This document shows, piece by piece, positions 20,535-29,778 of a stretch of DNA of 64,000 bases. Below the pieces are notes generated by a model. The model made no database searches. It was given only the letters and a program-made list of their open reading frames with translations, and was not told the origin of the DNA. Within the stretch, counting starts at the first letter, position 1. Every line of letters starts with the position of its first letter. The position numbers and the translations under genes were made by a program. The stretch lies in the NCBI GenBank assembly GCA_964581365.1, contig CAZOOF010000004.1, positions 442-64,441 on the forward strand. Reading direction: 5' to 3'. This DNA comes from an uncultured Chromatiales bacterium. GTDB taxonomy: Bacteria > Pseudomonadota > Gammaproteobacteria > SZUA-140.

Positions 20535-21862
20535 GGCTGATATTCGCCGGTCGGAAGCCTGTCGAGGCGCCCGTAGAAGAAACCGTCCATGCCATCGAAG
20601 CCGGGCAGAATCTGTCGGCCACAGCTCAGCGCCCGCCCCCAGGGCGCGCCGATCTTACGCACGCTGGCATCAGTACGCCCGGAGACGAACTCTGCCAGCT
20701 GGACGTCGTTTTCCTGCTGAATAATAGAGCAAGTCGCATACAAGAGCATCCCACCCGGCGCCAGCATCGTCCAGGCGGCATCGAGCAGCTCGCGCTGACG
20801 AGCGGCGAGGCTGGCGATATCCTCCGGGCGCCGCAGCCGCTTTATATCCGGGTGACGGCGGATCACTCCGGTTCCCGAGCAGGGAGCATCCAGCAGAATA
20901 CGGTCGAAGGGAACTCCATCCCACCAGTCACCGGGGCGCGCACCGTCGCCGCAGACCAGCTCGGCTTCCAGGCCGAGACGGTCGAGCCCTTCACGGACAC
21001 GCTGCAGGCGAGCAGAATCGATATCCACGGCGACGAGGTCTCCAATGCCCGGCTCGGTCTCAAGGATGTGCGCCGTCTTGCCCCCGGGCGCCGCACAGAG
21101 ATCGAGCACCCGCTGACCCGGCTCGAGCTCGAGCAACGGAGCCGCCAGCTGCGCCGCTCCATCCTGCACCGATACCAGGCCATCGGCGAAACCCGGCAGC
21201 CGCGCAATGTCCTGCGGCTGCTCGAGAACTATTCCCCAAGGACAAAACGCCAGCTCCTTTGCCGCGATCTCCGCCTCCTTCAAAAGGAGCAGGTACTCCT
21301 CGCGGCTGATGCGTCGCTGGTTTATCCGCAGACTCATCGGCGGCCGCTCGTTGGCAGCCGCCGCGATTGCGTCGGCGTCGCCTGGCCAGTCAGCGCGCAA
21401 GCGTTCGAACAGCCATTCGGGGTGAGCCAGAGCGATGGCAGGATTTTTATCGACTCGTGCCAGCAGCGCTGAGGCCTCGCGCTGAAAGCGGCGCAATACC
21501 GCGTTGGTCAGGCCGCGAGCCCATGACTTCCCGAGCGCGGCGGTCACCGCCACGGTCGCCGCCACTGCGGCATGCGGCGGGATGCGCGTGTAAATGAGCT
21601 GATACAGACCGGCAAGAATGAGGCAGTGGACATCGAGATCGCGCTTTCCCAGGGGGCGCTGCAGCAACTGCCCGGCCAGCGCTTCCAGACGCGGCCCCCA
21701 ACGCATCACCCCGTAAGCGAGATCCTGGGCCAGCGCGCGATCGCGCGGCTCGGTGACTTGCGGCAATACCGCGGAGCAGGACTGGGTGAGCGAGCGGCCG
21801 GCAGCATACACGTCGACCAGGATCCGGACCGCCGCATGGCGCGCATCCATCGCGGCACTCAT
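20531..21862 (-). CDS. rsmB: 16S rRNA (cytosine967-C5)-methyltransferase
   Basis: NusB-like N-terminal domain plus m5C methyltransferase core (DLCAAPGGKT, PCSGTGV). Start at MSAAMDARHAAV, 1 nt after the fmt stop. Confidence 0.9.
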   Translation of the reverse strand: MSAAMDARHAAVRILVDVYAAGRSLTQSCSAVLPQVTEPRDRALAQDLAYGVMRWGPRLEALAGQLLQRPLGKRDLDVHCLILAGLYQLIYTRIPPHAAVAATVAVTAALGKSWARGLTNAVLRRFQREASALLARVDKNPAIALAHPEWLFERLRADWPGDADAIAAAANERPPMSLRINQRRISREEYLLLLKEAEIAAKELAFCPWGIVLEQPQDIARLPGFADGLVSVQDGAAQLAAPLLELEPGQRVLDLCAAPGGKTAHILETEPGIGDLVAVDIDSARLQRVREGLDRLGLEAELVCGDGARPGDWWDGVPFDRILLDAPCSGTGVIRRHPDIKRLRRPEDIASLAARQRELLDAAWTMLAPGGMLLYATCSIIQQENDVQLAEFVSGRTDASVRKIGAPWGRALSCGRQILPGFDGMDGFFYGRLDRLPTGEYQP

Positions 21863-21863
21863 G

Positions 21864-22796
21864 TCAGACGCCGCTGCGGCTGCGCACCGCGTTGATGAAC
21901 TCGGCCGCGGCCAGACGGCGCCCCCCCGGACGCTGTACCTCGAGCAGTCGCAGCACGCCATCGCCGGTTGCCACGTCGATCCCGTCGCGGTCGGCGGCTA
22001 CCAGCGCTCCGGGCGCCTGCCCGGTTGCGCCGGGCAACGCCACCGCGCGCCAGACGCGCAAGGGACCGAAATCCGGCAGCTCGCCGTGCGCCACCGGCCA
22101 GGGATTGAAAGCACGCACCTTGCGTTCCAGCAACTCTGCCGGCTCGCCCCAGTCGAGCAGCGCTTCGGATTTGTCGAGCTTGGCGGCATAAGTCGCCAGC
22201 GCCGGATCCTGCGCCTCACCTTCTAGGTGACCTGCGGAGGAAAGCCGGTTGACGACCGCATTCAATGCCTGCCCGCCGAGCTGCGCGAGACGATCGTGAA
22301 GGGAGCCGCCGGTGTCTTCGGGCAGGATGGGACAGGCAACCCGATGCAGCATATTGCCTGTATCGAGACCGGCGTCCATGCGGATGATGGTGATCCCGGT
22401 CTCGCTATCGCCGGCGAGTATCGCTCGCTGGATGGGGGCGGCGCCGCGCCAGCGCGGCAGCAGAGAGGCATGCACATTGATGCAGCCGAGCTTCGGGATG
22501 GCGAGAACTTCCGGAGGCAACAGCAGGCCGTAGGCGACCACCACCATCAGATCCGGGGCCAGTTCACGCAGTTCACGATGCACACCGGCATCCCGCAGCC
22601 CGGCAGGCTGGCGGACTTCGATACCGTGCTGCAGAGCCAGTTCCTTTACCAGACTGGCCTGCAGACGCCGCCCCCGGCCCGCCGGCCGGTCCGGCTGCGT
22701 GTAGACGGCTACCACCTGATGACCGGCATCCAGCAGCGCCCGCAGCGAAACGGCAGCAAACTCGGGCGTGCCGGCAAAAACGATGCGCATCGTCAC
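21864..22796 (-). CDS. fmt: Methionyl-tRNA formyltransferase
   Basis: [11 protein letters not shown]...; the start (GTG 22796 or ATG 22790) overlaps the def stop. Confidence 0.92.
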   Translation of the reverse strand: MTMRIVFAGTPEFAAVSLRALLDAGHQVVAVYTQPDRPAGRGRRLQASLVKELALQHGIEVRQPAGLRDAGVHRELRELAPDLMVVVAYGLLLPPEVLAIPKLGCINVHASLLPRWRGAAPIQRAILAGDSETGITIIRMDAGLDTGNMLHRVACPILPEDTGGSLHDRLAQLGGQALNAVVNRLSSAGHLEGEAQDPALATYAAKLDKSEALLDWGEPAELLERKVRAFNPWPVAHGELPDFGPLRVWRAVALPGATGQAPGALVAADRDGIDVATGDGVLRLLEVQRPGGRRLAAAEFINAVRSRSGV

Positions 22797-23296
22797 ATGC
22801 TGCGCAGCCGCTGCTTCTCCAGCTTCTTCCTGATGCGCTGGCGCTTGAGCTCGGTGAGATAGTCCACGAAGAGCTTGCCGTCGAGGTGGTCGATCTCGTG
22901 CTGGATACAGACCGCGAGCAGGCCTTCGGCCTCTTCCTCGAATTCCTGCCCCTCCCGGTTCAGCGCCCGGAAACGGATCCGTGCGGCACGCTCGACCGGC
23001 TCGTAGATGCCGGGCACGGAGAGGCAGCCCTCGTCCATTTTCTCAACGCCGGAGCTCTCGATCACAACCGGGTTTATCAGACAGCGTGGATCTTGACGAT
23101 CCTCCGTAATGTCCAATACGATCAATCGCTTACAAACCCCCACCTGGACTGCGGCCAAGCCGATGCCGGGCGCTTCGTACATAGTTTCGAGCATATCGTC
23201 GGCCAGCCGACGGATCTCGTCGTCCACACGCTCGATCGGTTCCGCGTGGTTGCGCAGACGGGGGTCGGGGTAATGAAGGATATTCAGCAGCGCCAT
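22793..23296 (-). CDS. def: Peptide deformylase
   Basis: [20 protein letters not shown] motifs. Confidence 0.95.
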   Translation of the reverse strand: MALLNILHYPDPRLRNHAEPIERVDDEIRRLADDMLETMYEAPGIGLAAVQVGVCKRLIVLDITEDRQDPRCLINPVVIESSGVEKMDEGCLSVPGIYEPVERAARIRFRALNREGQEFEEEAEGLLAVCIQHEIDHLDGKLFVDYLTELKRQRIRKKLEKQRLRSM

Positions 23297-23414
23297 GAAC
23301 GGATTTCCGGAACAAGTACCTTAAATATCTGTCCGCCATCGCCGATAACAAGCGGGTATCCGGAAGAAAACCACCGCCATGGCGACCACTCCCAGGGATT
23401 CTAAGGCAACTCAG

Positions 23415-24473
23415 ATGTCGAAAAAACCCTTTCTCTCGAAACTCTTACCTGTGCTGCTGCTGCTGTCGGGGGCTTTCGCCCACGCCGACGCGGTGAAACT
23501 CGTCCCCGATCATCCGGATCGGTACGTCGTCATCCGAGGGGATACGCTATGGGACATTTCGGCACGATTCCTGGAAGATCCCTGGAGGTGGCCGCAGATA
23601 TGGCACATCAATCCCGAGATCGCCAATCCCCACCTTATATATCCCGGCGACATCATACGCCTGGAGTTTGTCGACGGCAAACCGGTCCTGCGCCTGGAGC
23701 GCCCGGGCGGCAATGACCTGCGCACAGTGAAACTGTCTCCGACCGCGCGCACGACGGTGATCGACAGCGCCATCCCGACCATTCCAATGGACGCCATTGG
23801 ACAGTTCCTCAAGTACCCGCGCATCGTCACGCAACAGGAGCTGGACGACAGTCCCTATATCGTCGCCGCCAGCGAGGATCGCCTGATCAGCGGGACGGGC
23901 AACAAAGTTTACGCACGGGACATCTCCGATCCCGGGATCACCCGCTACAACATCATCCGCCGCGGAGAGGTCTACCGGAATCCGGAGCGGCGCGGCGATA
24001 TTCTGGGCTTTGAGGCGATCCATGTCGGATACGCCACCGTGGTCCGCGCCGGAGATCCGGCAACCCTGATCATCGACCAGGCTGAGCGCGAAGTCCTGGC
24101 TGGTGACCGCCTGCTGCCGGTGACCGACGACGAAATCGGCAATTACTTCCTTCCCCGCGCACCGAAAGACAATGTCGAAGGGCAGATCCTGTCGGTGCTC
24201 GATGGCCTGGCCCGTATCGGACAGTACCAGGTGGTTGCCGTCAGCCGCGGCGCCAACGACGGACTCGAGCGCGGACATGTGCTCGCAGTTCACGAGACCG
24301 GCGAGATCGTGCGCGACGACTTCACCTCGCGGCGCTTCGATCGCTCCGTCCGCCTGCCCAACGAACGGGCCGGGACGATCATGCTGATCCGTGTCTTCGA
24401 CCGCGTCAGCTATGCGCTGGTAATGGAGGCCGCGCGTGATCTTCGCGTCCTCGACACCGTGACCACTCCCTAG
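23415..24473 (+). CDS. LysM domain-containing periplasmic protein (TsaP-like secretin-associated protein, conserved next to def/dprA)
   Basis: Signal peptide MSKKPFLSKLLPVLLLLSGAFAHA; LysM motif YVVIRGDTLWDISARF...; position divergent from def and upstream of dprA as in Pseudomonas/Neisseria. Confidence 0.65.
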   Translation: MSKKPFLSKLLPVLLLLSGAFAHADAVKLVPDHPDRYVVIRGDTLWDISARFLEDPWRWPQIWHINPEIANPHLIYPGDIIRLEFVDGKPVLRLERPGGNDLRTVKLSPTARTTVIDSAIPTIPMDAIGQFLKYPRIVTQQELDDSPYIVAASEDRLISGTGNKVYARDISDPGITRYNIIRRGEVYRNPERRGDILGFEAIHVGYATVVRAGDPATLIIDQAEREVLAGDRLLPVTDDEIGNYFLPRAPKDNVEGQILSVLDGLARIGQYQVVAVSRGANDGLERGHVLAVHETGEIVRDDFTSRRFDRSVRLPNERAGTIMLIRVFDRVSYALVMEAARDLRVLDTVTTP

Positions 24474-24489
24474 GAAGCGCCGACATGTC

Positions 24490-25605
24490 ATGGATGACAT
24501 CGCGTACTGGCTGGCTCTGCAGCGGGTACCGGGCCTCGGCCCGGTTACCTGCCGCGAGCTGCTGAACCGCTACGGCGACGCGCGGAGACTGTTTGCCTCC
24601 GCTCCGCACGATCCCGCCCTGGACGGGCGGCTCGCGCCCCGGCTGCGCGCAGCCCTGCTGGCCCCCGACTGGCGGCAGGCGGAAAAGGACCTGCGCTGGC
24701 TGGCGCCACCCGATCATCATGCCCTGCCGCTGACCTCCCCTGCCTATCCACCCCTGCTGCGAGAAACCCGTGACGCCCCCATCCTGCTCTTTGTGCGGGG
24801 CAACGCGGATGCGCTCACCGACATGCAGATCGCCGTGGTGGGAAGCCGCAACCCCAGCCCCGGCGGTCGCGACAATGCTTTCGACTTTGCGCTCGCGCTG
24901 TCATCGGCAGGGCTGACCATCACCAGCGGCATGGCGGTCGGCATCGACGGAGCCGCTCACCGCGGTGCGATCGCGGCGAGGGGGCGCACGATCGCGGTGG
25001 CCGGCACCGGGCTCGACATCATTTATCCGGCGCGCCATCGTCAGCTGGCCCGGGATATTCTCGAACACGGCGCCCTGGTGTCCGAATATCCGCCCGGCAG
25101 CCCACCGCTGCCTTCCTCCTTCCCTCGCCGCAACCGTATCATCAGCGGACTGAGTCTCGGCACCCTGGTGGTAGAGGCGGCGCCGGGCAGCGGCTCGCTG
25201 ATCACCGCGCGCGCGGCCCTCGAACAGGGACGGGAAGTCTTCGCGATTCCCGGCTCCATTCACAATCCGCTTGCACGCGGCTGTCACCAATTGCTGCGTT
25301 TGGGCGCCAAACTGGTGGAAAACACCACGGATATCCTCGAGGAGCTGACACCGCTTGCCGGGGCTGCGGCAGCGCTGCGGAACAGGAGCGATGAACAGCC
25401 CCCGGTCGATCCGCAGGCCGCCGTAATACTAAAGCTGCTGGAATACGAAGTCGGCGTCACCCTCGACACTTTGAGCGAACGCAGTGGGCTGAGCGCCGAA
25501 CACCTGCACCGCATTCTGCTAGACTTGGAACTGGAGACCCGAATCACCGTCGGCCCAGGCGGCACCTTCCTGCGCCGCAGACCACCACCGGATCCGAGAT
25601 GCTAG
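24490..25605 (+). CDS. dprA: DNA-processing protein DprA (Smf)
   Basis: 371 aa; Rossmann-like DprA core (VVGSRNPSPGG, FAIPGSIHN). Confidence 0.9.
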   Translation: MDDIAYWLALQRVPGLGPVTCRELLNRYGDARRLFASAPHDPALDGRLAPRLRAALLAPDWRQAEKDLRWLAPPDHHALPLTSPAYPPLLRETRDAPILLFVRGNADALTDMQIAVVGSRNPSPGGRDNAFDFALALSSAGLTITSGMAVGIDGAAHRGAIAARGRTIAVAGTGLDIIYPARHRQLARDILEHGALVSEYPPGSPPLPSSFPRRNRIISGLSLGTLVVEAAPGSGSLITARAALEQGREVFAIPGSIHNPLARGCHQLLRLGAKLVENTTDILEELTPLAGAAAALRNRSDEQPPVDPQAAVILKLLEYEVGVTLDTLSERSGLSAEHLHRILLDLELETRITVGPGGTFLRRRPPPDPRC

Positions 25606-26066
25606 ACGTACTGCTTTACCTTTTCGAACACTATGTCGACGAAGCCAGAAACGCTCCGCGCGACGAAGCCGTGCTGAAATCGATGCTGGAAGATGCGGGG
25701 TTCCGCCAGGCCGATATCCACAAGGCGTTCGCCTGGCTCGAAGACCTGATGCGCCAGCGTGATGGCGGCACCAGCACAGGCGGCGCCACTGGCGGTTCCT
25801 TCCGGATCTTTTCCCGTGAGGAATGTCTGAGGCTGAACCGCGACTGCCGCGGCTACCTGCTCGCGCTCGAACGCGGCGGACTGGTCGATGCGGCGGCGCG
25901 CGAGCAGATCATCGATCGCGCGCTCGCACTGGAGCTGGAGGAGCTCGATCTCGAACGCTTCAAACTGATCATCATGATCGTGCTGGCAAATCAGCCCGGC
26001 GAGGAGCACCTGCAGGACTGGCTCGAAGCGCTCATATTCGACAACCTCGCCGGCCGGGTGCACTAG
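25599..26066 (+). CDS. smg: Smg protein (DUF494)
   Basis: 155 aa, MLDVLLYLFEHY...; start overlaps the dprA stop; conserved dprA-smg-topA order. Confidence 0.85.
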   Translation: MLDVLLYLFEHYVDEARNAPRDEAVLKSMLEDAGFRQADIHKAFAWLEDLMRQRDGGTSTGGATGGSFRIFSREECLRLNRDCRGYLLALERGGLVDAAAREQIIDRALALELEELDLERFKLIIMIVLANQPGEEHLQDWLEALIFDNLAGRVH

Positions 26067-26343
26067 CAGGCGGGCTGGCGTTCCGGAGCAACGGTTCCGG
26101 ACGCCCGGCAGCACGGCTGCAGTCCCATCGATGAACTATCCCGCAGTGCGGAGCGTCCAAGCTTCAGACGTACCCGTTTGATCGCAACCCTCCAGCTTTA
26201 TGGGCCGCGACCGAAACAGCTTTGACAAGCCCGGGAATTGAATTCAAGATAGCCCCGCTTCGCGGCCTCGGGAAATCCCTGACGGATCCGGGGACTAATC
26301 CACCCGGCCCAGACAACATTACGAATCCGAACGTTTTTCCTAC

Positions 26344-28662
26344 ATGAGCAAAAACCTGGTCATCGTCGAATCGCCGGCCAAGGCCAAGACGCTGGGCAAG
26401 TACCTCGGCAAGGACTTCCACGTCCTCGCCTCGTACGGCCACGTGCGCGACCTGCTGCCCAAGGAAGGCGCCGTCGATCCTGCCCAGGACTTCGCCATGA
26501 AGTACCAGACGATCGAGAAAAACCAGAAGCACGTCGAGCAGATCTGCAAAGCCGTGCGGGGCACCGACGCGGTTTACCTGGCCACTGACCCGGATCGCGA
26601 GGGCGAGGCCATTTCCTGGCACCTGTACGAGATCCTCGCCGGCAAGAAGCTGCTCAAGGACAAGCCGGTTCGACGCATCGTCTTCCACGAGATCACCAAG
26701 CAGGCGGTACAGGAGGCGCTGAAGCACCCTCGCGAGATCGCCATGAATCTCGTCAACGCCCAGCAGGCCCGGCGCGCCCTCGATTACCTGGTCGGCTTCA
26801 ATCTGTCTCCCCTGCTGTGGAAAAAGATCCGGCGCGGCCTTTCGGCCGGACGGGTGCAAAGCCCCGCGCTGCGCATGATCGTCGAGCGCGAGCAGGAAAT
26901 CGAGGCGTTCCAGTCGCGCGAGTACTGGACGGTGGAGGCGCTGGTCGCCAAGGGCGATGAGCGTTTCCGCGCCCGGCTCGCCACGCATGACGGCAAAAAG
27001 ATTTCGCAGTTCAGCATCACCGATGAAGCCGGGGCGCAGGCAACCGAGAAGGCACTGCTCGAGGCTGCTCAAGGCAGGCTCACCGTCGTCTCGGTCGAAA
27101 AGAAGCAACGCCGGCGCAACCCCGCCGCCCCCTTCATCACCTCCACGTTGCAGCAGGAAGCGGCGCGCAAGCTCGGCTTCACCGCCCAGCGCACCATGCG
27201 CACTGCACAGCAGCTCTATGAGGGAATCGATACCGGGCAGGGCACGACCGGACTCATCACCTACATGCGTACCGACTCGGTCAATCTGGCCCAGGAGGCC
27301 ATCGAGGAGATCCGTCGTCTGATCGGCGAGCGTTACGGCGCGGACAAGGTGCCCAAACAGCCGCAGACGTACAAGACGAAATCCAAGAACGCCCAGGAAG
27401 CGCACGAAGCCATCCGCCCCACCTCGGTGTTCACCGATCCCGAGTCGATCAAGGAACATCTCAACAGCGACCAGTACAAACTATATCGACTGATCTGGCA
27501 GCGTACGGTTGCCTGCCAGATGGTTCACGCCACTATCGACACCGTCGGTGTGGATCTCGAAGGCGGCAAGGGCAATACCTTCCGCGCCACCGGCTCCACC
27601 ATCGTCGATCCGGGCTTCATGGCCGTCTACAGGGAAGACGTGGACGACAGCAAGGACGCCGACGAACAGCAGAGCCTGCTGCCCGAACTCAGCGAAGGCG
27701 AGACTGTCACACTGGAGCGCATCCAGACCGAGCAGCACTTCACCGAGCCGCCCCCGCGCTACACCGAAGCGAGCCTGATCAAGGCGCTTGAAGAACATGG
27801 CATCGGTCGCCCGTCGACCTACGCCTCGATCATCGCCACCCTGCAGCAGCGCGAGTACGTCACGCTGGACAAGAAGCGATTCAAGCCGACCGACGTAGGC
27901 CGGATCGTCAACCGCTTTCTGACCGAGCACTTCTCGCGCTATGTGGACTACGAGTTCACCGCGCGGCTCGAAGACGGTCTCGATGAGATCTCCCGCGGCG
28001 AGCAGGACTGGATTCCGTTGATGCGCTCCTTCTGGGAACCGTTCCACCAGCTCGTCGAGGAGAAGGACAAGACGGTGCAGCGCAAGGATGTCACTCAGGA
28101 AGCGCTGGACGAAGCCTGTCCGAAGTGTGGCAAACCGCTGTCGATCCGCCTGGGGCGGCGCGGCCGCTTCATCGGCTGCACCGGATTCCCGGAGTGCGAT
28201 TACACGCGCAACCTCGGCAACGGCGAAGAGGACGAGCAGGAGACAAACCAGCAGGTCGAAGGGCGCAGCTGCCCGAGCTGCGGCGGCGGGCTGCTGGTGC
28301 GCAGCGGGCCGTACGGGCGCTTCATCGGCTGCAGCAACTATCCCAAGTGCAAGTTCATCGAGCCGCTGGTGAAGCCGGCCGACACCGGCATCTCCTGCCC
28401 GAAATGCGGCAAGGGAACCATGCTGCAACGCCGCTCACGGCGCGGGAAAGTCTTCTACTCCTGCTCCACCTATCCGGATTGTGACTACGCCGTGTGGAAC
28501 GAGCCGATCGCCACTCCGTGCCCCGAGTGCCGGTGGCCGATCATGACCGTAAAGACGACCCGCCGCGCCACTGAACTGGTGTGCCCGCAGAAGGAATGCG
28601 GACATACCGAGCCTTACGAGGCGGAGGCGACGGAACAGCCGGCAGAGACAGCCAAGGGCTGA
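26344..28662 (+). CDS. topA: DNA topoisomerase I
   Basis: 772 aa; Toprim (LVIVESPAKAKT), catalytic Tyr region, C-terminal C4 zinc ribbons (CPKCG..., CPSCGGG...). Confidence 0.95.
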   Translation: MSKNLVIVESPAKAKTLGKYLGKDFHVLASYGHVRDLLPKEGAVDPAQDFAMKYQTIEKNQKHVEQICKAVRGTDAVYLATDPDREGEAISWHLYEILAGKKLLKDKPVRRIVFHEITKQAVQEALKHPREIAMNLVNAQQARRALDYLVGFNLSPLLWKKIRRGLSAGRVQSPALRMIVEREQEIEAFQSREYWTVEALVAKGDERFRARLATHDGKKISQFSITDEAGAQATEKALLEAAQGRLTVVSVEKKQRRRNPAAPFITSTLQQEAARKLGFTAQRTMRTAQQLYEGIDTGQGTTGLITYMRTDSVNLAQEAIEEIRRLIGERYGADKVPKQPQTYKTKSKNAQEAHEAIRPTSVFTDPESIKEHLNSDQYKLYRLIWQRTVACQMVHATIDTVGVDLEGGKGNTFRATGSTIVDPGFMAVYREDVDDSKDADEQQSLLPELSEGETVTLERIQTEQHFTEPPPRYTEASLIKALEEHGIGRPSTYASIIATLQQREYVTLDKKRFKPTDVGRIVNRFLTEHFSRYVDYEFTARLEDGLDEISRGEQDWIPLMRSFWEPFHQLVEEKDKTVQRKDVTQEALDEACPKCGKPLSIRLGRRGRFIGCTGFPECDYTRNLGNGEEDEQETNQQVEGRSCPSCGGGLLVRSGPYGRFIGCSNYPKCKFIEPLVKPADTGISCPKCGKGTMLQRRSRRGKVFYSCSTYPDCDYAVWNEPIATPCPECRWPIMTVKTTRRATELVCPQKECGHTEPYEAEATEQPAETAKG

Positions 28663-28720
28663 GGCAGCCAGATAAGCCTGCGCAAGGCGCTTCTCCGTCG
28701 ATCGAAAGCCGCCGCCGGAG

Positions 28721-29641
28721 TCACCCTCCCATCGCCCGATCCACCGTCGCGCGATCCAGGTGCGGCGCGAACATCTCGATGAAAGCGTACATGTAGCCAC
28801 GGAGCTGGGCCCCGCGGCGCAGGCCGAGGCGGGTGGTGCAGGGTTCGAACAGGTGACTGGCGTCGAGCATGCGCAGATTGCTGTCGCGCTCGGGATTGTA
28901 GGCCATGCTGGCCATCAGGCCGATGCCGATACCGATCTCGACATAGGTCTTGATGACATCGGAATCGATCGCGGAAAAAACGACGTTCGGGCGCAGACCC
29001 GCCCGCTCGAAGGCATCGTTGATCTTGACCCGTCCGGCAAAGGAAAAATCATAGGTAACGATGGGATATTGGGCGATCTTTTCCAGCGTGAGCGGCTGAT
29101 CGCGCAGGATGGGCAGCCCCGGCGGCGCGATGACGCAGTGGTTCCAGTCGTAGCACGACATCACCACCAGATCCTCGAACAGGTCGATTCCTTCAGTAGC
29201 GATGGCGATATCGGCAACCCCCGATGCGGCGAGCTGCGCGATCTGCATGGGATCGCCCTGGTGCAGATGCAGCCGGACATTGGGATAGCGGGCGGCAAAT
29301 GCCTTGATCACTGGAGGCAGGGCATAGCGGGCCTGGGTATGGGTAGTGGCGATCGACAGGCTGCCGCTCGCCTGGTCGGTGAATTCGAAGCCGACCTGCC
29401 GTATATGCTCCAGTTCGCGCAACACGCGTTCGGCCATGGCCAGAACAGCGCGCCCGGGCTGGGTGATACCGACCAGGCGCTTGCCGTTGCGCTCAAAGAT
29501 CTGGATGCCGAGCTCCTTCTCGAGCTGGCGGACCTGATTGCTGATGCCAGGCTGAGCCGTATTCAATGCCTGGGCGGCGGCCGATATGTTCAGACCACAA
29601 CGGGCGATCTCGCGAACATACCGTAGCTGCTGGAAATTCAT
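28721..29641 (-). CDS. cysB: LysR-family regulator, CysB-like
   Basis: The N-terminal HTH MNFQQLRYVREIARCGLNISAAAQALNTAQPGISNQVRQLEKELGIQIF aligns closely with E. coli CysB. Divergent from a sulfite reductase gene. Confidence 0.8.
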   Translation of the reverse strand: MNFQQLRYVREIARCGLNISAAAQALNTAQPGISNQVRQLEKELGIQIFERNGKRLVGITQPGRAVLAMAERVLRELEHIRQVGFEFTDQASGSLSIATTHTQARYALPPVIKAFAARYPNVRLHLHQGDPMQIAQLAASGVADIAIATEGIDLFEDLVVMSCYDWNHCVIAPPGLPILRDQPLTLEKIAQYPIVTYDFSFAGRVKINDAFERAGLRPNVVFSAIDSDVIKTYVEIGIGIGLMASMAYNPERDSNLRMLDASHLFEPCTTRLGLRRGAQLRGYMYAFIEMFAPHLDRATVDRAMGG

Positions 29642-29778
29642 ATCGCACCATATACATAAATCTTATTTGTATATAAGATATCATTATTTTTTTGAATATA
29701 GATATATTGATATCATCGAAATCCGCAGCGGCCGGTCAAGTACCGGCCGTACGCGTCTGCAATGCAGGAGAACATGCG
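29642..29778. promoter_or_regulatory. AT-rich (~70% AT) divergent cysB/sulfite-reductase control region. It holds two imperfect direct repeats TTG(T/A)ATATA(A)GATAT and a GC-rich leader hairpin CGGCCGGT-caagt-ACCGGCCG (29729..29749).
   Basis: A striking compositional island in a 66% GC genome; repeats and hairpin read directly from the sequence. CysB operators are known to be AT-rich. Confidence 0.5.
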
